Origin: Erysipelotrichaceae bacterium OH741_COT-311
Lineage (GTDB): Bacteria > Bacillota_I > Bacilli_A > Erysipelotrichales > Erysipelotrichaceae
Direction: 5' to 3'
Assembly: GCA_003858585.1 (NCBI GenBank)
Contig: RQZE01000007.1
Span: 60,001-92,000, forward strand
Length of the DNA: 32,000 nucleotides
In this document: positions 24,065-32,000 of the stretch, one piece after another
Layout: each line of letters begins with the position of its first letter
How positions within the stretch are numbered: position 1 is the stretch's first letter
Program-made: the position numbers and the translations under genes
Notes under the pieces: generated by a model
Told to the model about the DNA's origin: nothing
The model's database searches: none
The model's input: only the letters and a program-made list of their open reading frames with translations

Positions 24065-25167
24065 TGTTATATCGTGATAGTTGGATTCAATTTAACTTGG
24101 ATCATCTTATTTATAACATCCATTATATTAAGAAAAAAACAAATAAAAAATTGATGGCTGTGATTAAAGCAAATGGTTATGGTAACGGAGATATTGAGGT
24201 TGCAAAAAGTGCTATAGAAGCCAACATTGATTATCTATGTGTTTCTAGTCTTGATGAGGCTTTAAATCTAAGACAACATTCCATTGATGTTCCTATTCTT
24301 ATTTTAGGTTATGTTAACCCTAGCTATTCTTCACTGTTGATTGAACATTCACTAACAACTACAGTTGTATCGATAGACTGGATTCATCAACTTATAACCG
24401 ATGATATTAAAGATTTAAAAGTACATATTAAGATTGATACAGGTTTAAATCGTATTGGTTTAAAGACCATAGAAGAATTACAGCAAGCAATGCTTCTTTT
24501 AAAAGAAAAGGGTGTTGTTGTGGAAGGTATCTTCACACACTTTGCATGTAGTGATCAAAAAGATCAAACCTTCACTAAACAACAATATTCTCTTTTTAAA
24601 GAATTTGTAAAAAGTTGTACGCATACCTTTACATACATTCACACTAACAATACAGATGCTAGTTTATCTTTCGATGCCGACATTACCAACTGTAATCGTG
24701 TAGGATTAGGTATTTATGGTTATTCTTCATACGATAAACAGCTGAAACCTTGCGTTTCCCTTTATAGCAAAGTCATTCATTGCAAAAAAATCAAACAAGG
24801 TGAATATGTAAGTTACGGCATTACTTATCAAGCGCAAAAAGATGAATACATTTTAACAATACCAATTGGCTATGCCGATGGTTGGATTCGTAAAAATCAA
24901 AATCGTAAGGTTTGGATTCATGGAACTCTATGTACAATTGTAGGTAGAATTTGCATGGATCAATGTATGATACAAAGCGATGTTTTTTATCCTGTTGGAA
25001 CCGTCGTAGAATTATTTGGTCCACATATTTCTTTAGAAACCGTCGCCAGCGAATTAGATACCATATCTTATGAAGTATTAACATTACTATCAGATCGCTT
25101 AGGGAAAGTCTATATTAAAGATAATAAAGAAACATTCCGTTCTACACCTCGTTTTGATAAATTATAA
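24064..25167 (+). CDS. alr: alanine racemase
   Basis: 367 aa. The PLP-lysine motif AVIKANGYGNG is near the N-terminus. It shows a TIM-barrel plus beta-domain length and a C-terminal YEVLTLLSDRL-type ending typical of Alr. Confidence 0.9.
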   Translation: MLYRDSWIQFNLDHLIYNIHYIKKKTNKKLMAVIKANGYGNGDIEVAKSAIEANIDYLCVSSLDEALNLRQHSIDVPILILGYVNPSYSSLLIEHSLTTTVVSIDWIHQLITDDIKDLKVHIKIDTGLNRIGLKTIEELQQAMLLLKEKGVVVEGIFTHFACSDQKDQTFTKQQYSLFKEFVKSCTHTFTYIHTNNTDASLSFDADITNCNRVGLGIYGYSSYDKQLKPCVSLYSKVIHCKKIKQGEYVSYGITYQAQKDEYILTIPIGYADGWIRKNQNRKVWIHGTLCTIVGRICMDQCMIQSDVFYPVGTVVELFGPHISLETVASELDTISYEVLTLLSDRLGKVYIKDNKETFRSTPRFDKL

Positions 25168-25179
25168 GTTTATAAAATA

Positions 25180-25216
25180 AAAACATGATACTTATTCTAA
25201 AGTATCATGTTTTTAT
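25180..25216. terminator. bidirectional terminator between alr and the ECF S-component gene
   Basis: 10-bp stem ACATGATACT / AGTATCATGT with an 8-nt loop. It is flanked by AAAA on one side and TTTTT on the other. Confidence 0.8.
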
Positions 25217-25218
25217 CT

Positions 25219-25719
25219 TTATGATTCATTACGATATTTCATAACAATTTTATAAATAACAGGTAATAATGCCAAGGCCACAATTACACCCGCTAATCCT
25301 TGTATTACATTTGATGTCAAACCTGAAATAGCCACATATACGTTTCCCTTTAAATACCATTTTGCTAAAAAATAACCAAAGACCATAATAGTAGCCCCTA
25401 ATCCATACGCAAGATATTTCACTTTCATACCAAATTTTTGAAATAAAAGACTTACTACGATTGCTTGGAATCCCTTAATTAGTAAAGTAAAGATTACATA
25501 ATGTGGATACCCTCCTACAAAGTCTGCCATTGCACTTCCAACACCACCTACTAAAAATGCACTAACTGGATTTAAAATAGATGAAAAAAGTAAAATAATA
25601 CCATCACCCATATTAAAATATCCACTAATTGCATTAGGAATCTTCAAATACATTGTCGCAACAAAACATAGTGCAATCCCTAATCCTGTCAGTGTAAGAT
25701 CTCGAATTGTGTTTTTCAT
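25219..25719 (-). CDS. ECF transporter S component (substrate unknown)
   Basis: 166-aa protein with 5-6 TM segments. Size, Gly-rich TM pattern (GDGIILL, GGVGSAMADFVGGYP) and the FTLLIKG segment resemble ECF substrate-capture subunits. No adjacent EcfA/T genes (group II arrangement). Confidence 0.6.
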   Translation of the reverse strand: MKNTIRDLTLTGLGIALCFVATMYLKIPNAISGYFNMGDGIILLFSSILNPVSAFLVGGVGSAMADFVGGYPHYVIFTLLIKGFQAIVVSLLFQKFGMKVKYLAYGLGATIMVFGYFLAKWYLKGNVYVAISGLTSNVIQGLAGVIVALALLPVIYKIVMKYRNES

Positions 25720-25731
25720 ATTCTTTCCTTT

Positions 25732-26547
25732 CTAGATTAAATTAAAATGCTTAAAGGCTTTATAAACACCATCCTCTAATACATCATCAGTAATATAACT
25801 TACATGTTTTAATGCTTCACTACTTCCATGCTTCATACCAATCGCAATATCTGCAATTTGAAACATCGGTATATCATTCTCACTATCTCCAATACAAACA
25901 ATTTCATCTTTTGATCCAAAATATCGCATAATGTTAGAAACTGCTGTAGCTTTTGAATGATTATGAAACGTTAATTCTGCAGCTTTAAAAGTAGAATTTT
26001 CATTGATAAATACAGTAATATCAAAACTATGGTCGACATGCTTACCAAAGTTGTAAATCGCATCTAACTGATAGCTATAAATATTAATCTTTGTAATAAA
26101 ATCTTCTTTAAAATTTTGATCCACAAAAAAATTATGTTTTTCAATTAACGCCATTACCTCATCTTTACTTCGATGTTCTTCACTAAAGTAACGATAAATA
26201 AATTCCATACCATATGGACTTGAATATGACTTTAGATTCCCGGACAAACAATATCCCAATTGATGTTCATTTAATTGATGAACTAACTCTAAACATTGTT
26301 CATATTCCATTTCTTTTGCATAAATTACTTCAGAATTTACTTCTATATATGCCCCTGAACTAAACGCAAAACCATCTACAGGTAAATCTAAAAACGGCAA
26401 AGCTTCACCTTTCGATCTTCCTGTACACAAAAAAACTTTATGACCATTTCTTTTCGCAAGTTTCATAGCTTCAATGGCACTTGTTGGTATTTGATCTTGA
26501 TGCTTGCTATATAAAGTACCATCAATATCAATAAAGATATAACTCAT
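25732..26547 (-). CDS. Cof-type HAD-IIB family phosphatase
   Basis: 271 aa. HAD motif I is FIDIDGTL, motif II is CTGRS and motif IV is GDSENDIPM. The cap-domain length is typical of the Cof subfamily. Its ATG overlaps the MFS stop (ATGA at 26544-26547). Confidence 0.85.
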   Translation of the reverse strand: MSYIFIDIDGTLYSKHQDQIPTSAIEAMKLAKRNGHKVFLCTGRSKGEALPFLDLPVDGFAFSSGAYIEVNSEVIYAKEMEYEQCLELVHQLNEHQLGYCLSGNLKSYSSPYGMEFIYRYFSEEHRSKDEVMALIEKHNFFVDQNFKEDFITKINIYSYQLDAIYNFGKHVDHSFDITVFINENSTFKAAELTFHNHSKATAVSNIMRYFGSKDEIVCIGDSENDIPMFQIADIAIGMKHGSSEALKHVSYITDDVLEDGVYKAFKHFNLI

Positions 26548-27857
26548 AATAATTCCTCAAGTTTCGCAACTTTTCTAAGCAATAAATAACCGATGCCAAA
26601 TAATAAAATTAAACCTAAAATACCTATCTTACTTTGACCAAAAATTGTCGCTGCAATCGTGATGATTAAGGGTCCAAAAAAATCTGCAAATTTCCCAAAG
26701 ATATCAAAGAATCCAAAATATTCGTTTGAAGATTGTTTTGGAACTAACTTACCAAAATACGCTCTTGAAAGAGATTGAATACCTCCCATAAACATTGCCA
26801 CTGCAATACATAAAATCCAAAATTCATAAGCTTGATCCATTTGATATGCATAAATACAGATTGCTGCATAAGCTAGTACAAATAGTTTAAGTAATGATAT
26901 TGTTTTAAATCTTGAAACCAAATGGGCTGTAATAATTGCAAACGGAAATGCTACAACTTGCGTTACTAACAGAGCTACAATCATACTATTAGTATCAATA
27001 CCAACTTCTGCTCCATACGTTGTCGCCATTGATATGATTGTATATACACCATCAATATAACAAAAATAAGCTAAAATAAAATATAACATTCTTGGATTCT
27101 TACGAATTTTTTTCAATGTATCTTTTAAGCGTTTAAGAATTTTGATTACATTTACTTCATTATGTTCTAAGTAATGCGTTTGCTTTACATTTTTCAACAA
27201 TGGTATTGAAAACAATAACCACCATACCGCAACAATAATAAACGATAACTGTGTAGCAAATGTCTTAGTTAATCCAAATGGAGTTGCTAAAATCAAATAA
27301 ATACCAATAACAAATGGAATGCAACTTCCGATATATCCAAACGCATATCCCATAGAAGAAACAGAATCCATGCGTTCATCCGTTGTTACATCCACTAACA
27401 TAGAATCATAGAAAATATTACAGTTTGCATACCCAATACGAGCAACAATAATCAATGCCAGATAACTTAACCAGTTTGATGTTACACCAAGCAATATACA
27501 ACAAAATACACCTACAATTAAAAATATTGAGAATATTTTTTTCTTCATTCCTTTATAATCAGCTAACGCTCCAAATATCGGTGACATAAATGCTACCAAC
27601 AATACGGAAATGGTTGTAGATAGTCCAAATAACGAAGTTTTTAAAGCTTCATATGCTTGTGCATTTCCATTTAAAGCATTATTTGCTAAGTTTGAAAATA
27701 ATAATTTTACAATAAACGATTGACTTACAGATTCAATACCGGCGTTATCCACCAAAGCTCTAAAAAAAACCGGAATCGAAGCTGTTAGGATTAAAACAAA
27801 TGCACTGTTGGCTACATCATATAAAATCCAACTTTTCTCTTGCTTGTTATATTTCAT
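26544..27857 (-). CDS. MFS transporter, UMF1/Atg22-like family
   Basis: 437 aa with about 12 TM segments. The N-terminal SWILYDVANSAF signature is characteristic of the UMF1 family. Confidence 0.75.
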   Translation of the reverse strand: MKYNKQEKSWILYDVANSAFVLILTASIPVFFRALVDNAGIESVSQSFIVKLLFSNLANNALNGNAQAYEALKTSLFGLSTTISVLLVAFMSPIFGALADYKGMKKKIFSIFLIVGVFCCILLGVTSNWLSYLALIIVARIGYANCNIFYDSMLVDVTTDERMDSVSSMGYAFGYIGSCIPFVIGIYLILATPFGLTKTFATQLSFIIVAVWWLLFSIPLLKNVKQTHYLEHNEVNVIKILKRLKDTLKKIRKNPRMLYFILAYFCYIDGVYTIISMATTYGAEVGIDTNSMIVALLVTQVVAFPFAIITAHLVSRFKTISLLKLFVLAYAAICIYAYQMDQAYEFWILCIAVAMFMGGIQSLSRAYFGKLVPKQSSNEYFGFFDIFGKFADFFGPLIITIAATIFGQSKIGILGLILLFGIGYLLLRKVAKLEELL

Positions 27858-27977
27858 ATCCTTCTCCTTAATACAACACTTTCATTATACAGGAAAAGAA
27901 AAAAATACTAAATTAAAATGTATAATTTATTCATTTCATTTCTTTATACGTTATAATACTGTTGAGGTAAAGAGAGT

Positions 27978-28946
27978 ATGCCAAATGTTATTACACATCA
28001 ATTATTTGCTTTAGAAGTAAAAAATGACAACATCCCTTTGCATTTACAACGAATTATTAATGAGAATATGAAGGAATACAATATCGGTTCCAGTGGTCCT
28101 GACTTTTTCTTTTATTTTAATGCTTGGCCATGGCTTAACCAAAAAGAAGCAAAACGCGTAATCAATATGGGAAGTGTGATTCACTATCATAAAATTACAG
28201 AGTTTTTTAAAGAAATATTCACAGAATGTAAAAAACATCAAACTCAAAAAAAGATTAGCTATGTGGCAGGTTTATTAACGCATTGGTTTTTAGATAAGGA
28301 AACACATCCTTATATTTTCTATAAATCAGAGACACCTAAGGATCCTAAACTATCTACAATTCATCATCGCTTATTCGAAACAACCGTAGATTATGAAATG
28401 ACTATGTTAATTAAGGGTGTAAATTGTAGTCAATATCCTGCTTACAAATTACTAGACTATGATAATGATACGATAGATAGTATTTATCGCGTTTATAAAC
28501 CAGCATTAAAAGAAGTTTATGATAAAGAATTATATTATAGTGACATTAAAACAGCATTAAAACATTTTCATGGTATACATAAACTTCTATATAATAAAAA
28601 TGATGTTAAATTTAATCTATTTCATTCAATTGAAAAGATTATACTAAAAAAGCCTTATATCTTTACAAGTATGATGGCTCCGTTAAAATCACCAAACTTT
28701 GATATTTTAAACTTAGAGAAAAAACCATGGTATCATCCAGTTACCAATAAACCTTGTACAAAATCCTTTGTAGAAATGTTTAATGAGTCAATTAAACCAT
28801 GTCAGGAAGTCTTAACATTATTCTTCCATTATTTAAAAAATGAAGTATCCCTTGATCATTTGCTAAAAGTCATCAACAATCAATCGTTTGAAACGGGTTT
28901 ATCAACATTCCAAGAGATGAAATACTTCGATAGTGTCTATAAATAA
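27978..28946 (+). CDS. zinc-dependent phospholipase C-like family protein (cytoplasmic, no signal peptide)
   Basis: 322 aa. N-terminal MPNVITHQLFA, GSSGPDFFFY, HYHK and THWFLDKETHPYI form a His/Asp metal-ligand pattern recalled from Zn_dep_PLPC-family proteins. Assignment by motif memory only. Confidence 0.45.
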   Translation: MPNVITHQLFALEVKNDNIPLHLQRIINENMKEYNIGSSGPDFFFYFNAWPWLNQKEAKRVINMGSVIHYHKITEFFKEIFTECKKHQTQKKISYVAGLLTHWFLDKETHPYIFYKSETPKDPKLSTIHHRLFETTVDYEMTMLIKGVNCSQYPAYKLLDYDNDTIDSIYRVYKPALKEVYDKELYYSDIKTALKHFHGIHKLLYNKNDVKFNLFHSIEKIILKKPYIFTSMMAPLKSPNFDILNLEKKPWYHPVTNKPCTKSFVEMFNESIKPCQEVLTLFFHYLKNEVSLDHLLKVINNQSFETGLSTFQEMKYFDSVYK

Positions 28947-28983
28947 AAAACATGTCCCTTTAAATATAGGGACATATTTTTAT
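28945..28983. terminator. bidirectional terminator
   Basis: ATGTCCCT-TTAAATAT-AGGGACAT is flanked by AAAAAA on one side and ATTTTTT on the other, between convergent genes. Confidence 0.75.
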
Positions 28984-29225
28984 TTGTACTTCACAATAAA
29001 ATGCAATGCATCATAATCAATGAGTTCAAGTTCTAAATGATCTTTACTTAAATACGCATTGATTAACTGCACTATTTTATCCATATTCTGTTTACGACCA
29101 AGCTTTTTAAAATAACCACCTGTTGCATAACATCCAGAATGGGTATGAACACTGTAGTTGATCTTGTTTTCCTTAAGTAAAGTATTGATTGCGACTAATT
29201 GATTAAAGTTTAAACATGTACTCAT
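28980..29225 (-). CDS. hypothetical 81-aa protein
   Basis: ORF from the ATG at 29223-29225 (MSTCLNFNQLVAINTLLKENK...), with a weak GGTGA RBS. The track start is 16 codons upstream. No motif recognised. Confidence 0.4.
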   Translation of the reverse strand: MSTCLNFNQLVAINTLLKENKINYSVHTHSGCYATGGYFKKLGRKQNMDKIVQLINAYLSKDHLELELIDYDALHFIVKYK

Positions 29226-29372
29226 AAAATCACCATGTTTATTATAGCTTGTTTCACATAAAAACGTAAACAAAAAAGAAATGTGTTAAAATCGTGAAAA
29301 ATGACAATTATGACATATTTATATAAATTTAGAAATAAAAATAGTAAAATGAAATTACCAAGGAGGTGTATT

Positions 29373-30230
29373 ATGAAAAAATTGTTTACTATTTTAATCA
29401 TATCCCTATCAACATTATTCCTTTTATCAGGCTGTAGCAGTAAAAAAACAATCACTTATGAAGAACCATACCCTTATGTGTATGATGTAAACACAGCTAG
29501 TAAAGAAGAATATCGCTATGAATCCTTTGACACAAATACAAAAACAGCTATGTCATCTACACAAGAAGACTATCGTAAAATCTCCAAAAATCATACTATC
29601 TATCTAGAAGCAGAAAAAATCGACGAATCTATCCATATTTTCAAACAGCTTTTAGAGAAACACAAAGGTTACATCACTTACTCTGAGGAAAATCTATCAG
29701 AAAAAACAAAAAAAAGTGCTAATTTCACAGTGAAGGTTCCAAGCAAGGGTGTAGATTTATTCTTAGAAGAATTACCTACTATTGGTACTATTATCTCTAA
29801 GTATTCAAATACAACGGATTTAACAGAATCATACAACGATAATAATGCTCGTTTAAAATCACTTTTAAAACAAGAAGAACGTTTATTAGAACTCTATGAA
29901 AAAGCGGAAACTATTGCAGACATTATCACAATCGAAGAGAAGCTAACTTATGTACGAAGTGATATTGAATACATTCAATCAAGCATTAAAAACATGGATT
30001 TACTTGTTGAGTATTCCACTGTAGATATCAACATTAGCAGTGAAATACAAATCATTAAAAATCCTTCCTTTGGAAATCAATTAAAAACAGCATTTATTGA
30101 ATCTTTTAACGGCTTTATCAACTTTATACAAGATGGTATTATTTGGATTGTATTAAAACTTCCATATATCATACTATTAGCAATAGCTATCTTTATCGTT
30201 CGTATGATTGCAAAGAAAAAGAAAAAATAG
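29373..30230 (+). CDS. lipoprotein with coiled-coil region and C-terminal TM anchor (DUF4349-like)
   Basis: The ATG at 29373 follows AAGGAGG. The signal peptide has lipobox LLSGC|SS. The central pattern TDLTESYNDNNARLKSLLKQEERLLELYEKAETIADIITIEEKLTYVRSDIEYIQSSIKNMDLLVEYSTVDINI resembles DUF4349. A C-terminal hydrophobic helix is followed by KKKKK. Confidence 0.55.
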   Translation: MKKLFTILIISLSTLFLLSGCSSKKTITYEEPYPYVYDVNTASKEEYRYESFDTNTKTAMSSTQEDYRKISKNHTIYLEAEKIDESIHIFKQLLEKHKGYITYSEENLSEKTKKSANFTVKVPSKGVDLFLEELPTIGTIISKYSNTTDLTESYNDNNARLKSLLKQEERLLELYEKAETIADIITIEEKLTYVRSDIEYIQSSIKNMDLLVEYSTVDINISSEIQIIKNPSFGNQLKTAFIESFNGFINFIQDGIIWIVLKLPYIILLAIAIFIVRMIAKKKKK

Positions 30231-30311
30231 GTTATGTGTAAATCAATTCATTTGATATCTATACTTAAAAAAAGCTATAATGAATATATAGGAAATACAA
30301 GGAGGTAACCT

Positions 30312-30680
30312 ATGGGTAAATTTGTCATCATTACAACTAAGACTGGTCTTAAATTTAATTTAAAAGCCACAAATGGTGAAGTTATCGCAACATCTCAAGT
30401 ATATTCTAATGAACTATCTTGCAGAAAAGGTATTGCTAGTGTCATTAAAAATGCACCTATTGCTCCAGTGGAAAATCAAACTGTTGAAAACTTTAAAAAA
30501 ACAGGATCTCCTAAATTTGAAGTATACACAGACAAATCTCAAGAATTTAGATTCCGTTTAAAAGCACGTAATGGTCAAATAATTGCAGTAAGTGAAGGTT
30601 ATAAATCGCTGAAAAGTTGCTTAAATGGTGTAGAATCTGTTGCCAAAAATGCAGTAGATGCAAAAATTGAAAAAGCGTAA
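30312..30680 (+). CDS. YegP-family protein (tandem DUF1508 repeats)
   Basis: 122 aa made of two repeats of about 55 aa. Repeat 1 is FNLKATNGEVIATSQVYSNELSCRKGIASVIKNA and repeat 2 is FRLKARNGQIIAVSEGYKSLKSCLNGVESVAKNA. The GGAGG RBS is well spaced. Confidence 0.8.
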   Translation: MGKFVIITTKTGLKFNLKATNGEVIATSQVYSNELSCRKGIASVIKNAPIAPVENQTVENFKKTGSPKFEVYTDKSQEFRFRLKARNGQIIAVSEGYKSLKSCLNGVESVAKNAVDAKIEKA

Positions 30681-30683
30681 ATA

Positions 30684-30712
30684 AAAAATGCACATTATGT
30701 GCATTTTATTTT
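30684..30712. terminator. bidirectional terminator between yegP-like and cupin genes
   Basis: AATGCACA-TTA-TGTGCATT is flanked by AAAAAA on one side and TTATTTTT on the other. It overlaps the cupin stop codon. Confidence 0.75.
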
Positions 30713-30987
30713 TGTTTAATAATTAAGGTTACAAATACTTCTGAATCTTCTAAGAATTCAGCATTAATATATTGATTACCATCAAACTGCAATAATTTTC
30801 CAGGAACCAATTCATCCACAAACGCATCATCAATATATACACTAACTCTACCCTTTACAACAGTAAATGTAATAAGTGCTTCCGGATGATTGTGTTTTAA
30901 AATTTTATCACCTTTTTTTGCAACTTTTTTTACAACTCTAAAACTTTTTTCTTGAACAATTAAACCTGCTTCACTTTTAACTTGCAT
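30706..30987 (-). CDS. small cupin-domain protein
   Basis: 93 aa from the ATG at 30985-30987 (RBS AAGGAG). GDKILKHNHPEALITFTVVKGRV...G fits the cupin motif-1 style G(x)5HxH...E. Its start lies 1 nt after the upstream gene's stop. Confidence 0.6.
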   Translation of the reverse strand: MQVKSEAGLIVQEKSFRVVKKVAKKGDKILKHNHPEALITFTVVKGRVSVYIDDAFVDELVPGKLLQFDGNQYINAEFLEDSEVFVTLIIKQK

Positions 30988-30988
30988 A

Positions 30989-32000
30989 TTATTTTTTCTC
31001 CTTTTGAAGTTGTACAAAGAGTTCAAACTCTTTTTGTAAGCATTCTATTGAAAACCCTGTTCTTTCCGAAATCATCTTAACCGTAGCGATTTCTTTCATA
31101 ATAGCAAACATCGGTGTTTTCATCATAGCGAATTTCTCGGACTTTGAAATCATATAATCTTTTAAATTGGGATATTTCTTTAATAACACAGACAATTTTG
31201 TATCCGGTTTTAAAACGATGATATCTTCATCATTCTTAGATACTGTTTCTTCTTTTACATCTTCTACTTCTTTTACTTGGCTTTCATTTGACTCCCAATC
31301 CAATAATGTACGACTACCTTCTAGTGCACGTATACGGCTACAATCTTGCATCATTTCCATTACACCCTTAAAGTTACCTTGCTCATCTCTTACCGCAACA
31401 TAAAGAATATAGATAAAGACACCAGGCTTATTAATCCAAAAATCAATACGGTCTTTTTCACCACTACGGAATTTACTAATAATTTCTTCTACCACAGACA
31501 CAGAACTTGATGGATGACAATTTTGAACTTTACGACCAATTACACCTTTACTTCTTGGAAATACTCGATGTTTCGTATCACTATAGAAGGCTACTAAATC
31601 ATGTTCATCAACATAAGAAATATCTACCGGTAAATGTTGAAATAAAAGATTAATTTGATTCAAACTCATTACGCCCTGTTTTACATTCATCGGTGTATCT
31701 TCATTCCAAGATCCCATTTGATATTTCGCTAATAATTTTGATAATTCATCTTTAAATCCATCCGTAACTTCTTCTTTTACTTCTTTCACTTGATGATGAT
31801 TAACAAAGTCAGATGTTGCTTCAATTAAACAATAACCAATCTCACGGTCTCCAGAAGCCATTTCAACAAATTCCTCTTCATTTAACATTTCAAGTGAAGT
31901 TGGAAATAAGATGGTTTCTTCTTTATTCATTAAATCAAAAATATATTCTTTAAACACTTCATATTGAGGTTTTACTTTTTCATAGTCAAATTCTTGTTTT
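30989..32000 (-). CDS. DUF438/PAS-domain protein with hemerythrin-like N-terminal region and C-terminal DUF1858 (5' end beyond window)
   Basis: The frame stays open upstream of the track's Met at 31957 to the window edge (...QEFDYEKVKPQYEVFKEY). KEETILFP is hemerythrin-like. DISYVDEHDLVAFYSD...VFPRSKGVIGRKVQNCHP...FWINKPGVFIYILYVAVRDEQGNFKGVMEMMQD is the DUF438/PAS signature. C-terminal LLKKYPNLKDYMI...TVKMISERTG is DUF1858-like. Confidence 0.7.
   Translation of the reverse strand, partial: KQEFDYEKVKPQYEVFKEYIFDLMNKEETILFPTSLEMLNEEEFVEMASGDREIGYCLIEATSDFVNHHQVKEVKEEVTDGFKDELSKLLAKYQMGSWNEDTPMNVKQGVMSLNQINLLFQHLPVDISYVDEHDLVAFYSDTKHRVFPRSKGVIGRKVQNCHPSSSVSVVEEIISKFRSGEKDRIDFWINKPGVFIYILYVAVRDEQGNFKGVMEMMQDCSRIRALEGSRTLLDWESNESQVKEVEDVKEETVSKNDEDIIVLKPDTKLSVLLKKYPNLKDYMISKSEKFAMMKTPMFAIMKEIATVKMISERTGFSIECLQKEFELFVQLQKEKK

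Noticed and set aside
1-32000. CRISPR arrays, IS elements, prophage or known defence systems; alternative genetic code (UGA=Trp)
   Set aside because: I noticed no regularly spaced 25-40 nt direct repeats and no transposase, integrase, nuclease-helicase or restriction-modification signatures. Long ORFs are intact under the standard code and use TGG for Trp, so translation table 4 is not needed.

Overview
AT-rich window (about 30% GC by eye, not computed) that reads as ordinary chromosomal core of a low-GC Firmicute/Bacillota, possibly Erysipelotrichia-like (inference only). Standard genetic code: long ORFs use TGG for Trp and none are interrupted by TGA. I support about 30 protein genes. They are pheS (partial), a P-type Ca2+-ATPase, acylphosphatase, adhE, an alpha/beta hydrolase, two SpoU/TrmH methyltransferases, a YrrN/YrrO-like peptidase-U32 pair, a folT-like ECF S-component, a CapA-like protein, pepO, an aminotransferase, typA/bipA, mutY, an orphan sigma-70-family factor, alr, an MFS-HAD-ECF-S operon, a Zn-phospholipase-C-like protein, a DUF4349-like lipoprotein, a tandem YegP protein, a cupin and a DUF438/PAS protein (partial). 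There are seven tRNA genes: a single tRNA-Leu(GAG), and a six-gene minus-strand operon Val-Thr-Tyr-Gln-Lys-Gly that the ORF track mis-reads as a 93-aa ORF. Two cis-regulatory RNAs are recognisable: a Phe T-box leader upstream of pheS and a THF riboswitch upstream of the folT-like gene. Several intrinsic terminators and sigma-A-type promoters are also visible. I saw no CRISPR array, transposase, integrase, phage genes or known defence system. Several ORF-track starts are TTG/GTG extensions; I re-called them to downstream ATGs that have Shine-Dalgarno sequences. The most interesting items are: (1) a 564-aa protein with a PEP-carboxykinase/HPr-kinase-like catalytic half and an unrecognisable N-terminal half, sitting as the last gene of a U32-U32-SPOUT RNA-modification operon; (2) an unannotated promoter-to-terminator unit of about 85 nt with a C-rich motif between the sigma-factor gene and mutY (sRNA candidate); (3) the orphan sigma factor with a divergent 59-aa ORF and a palindromic operator-like site. 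All functional calls rest on motif recognition by eye; no database search was possible.
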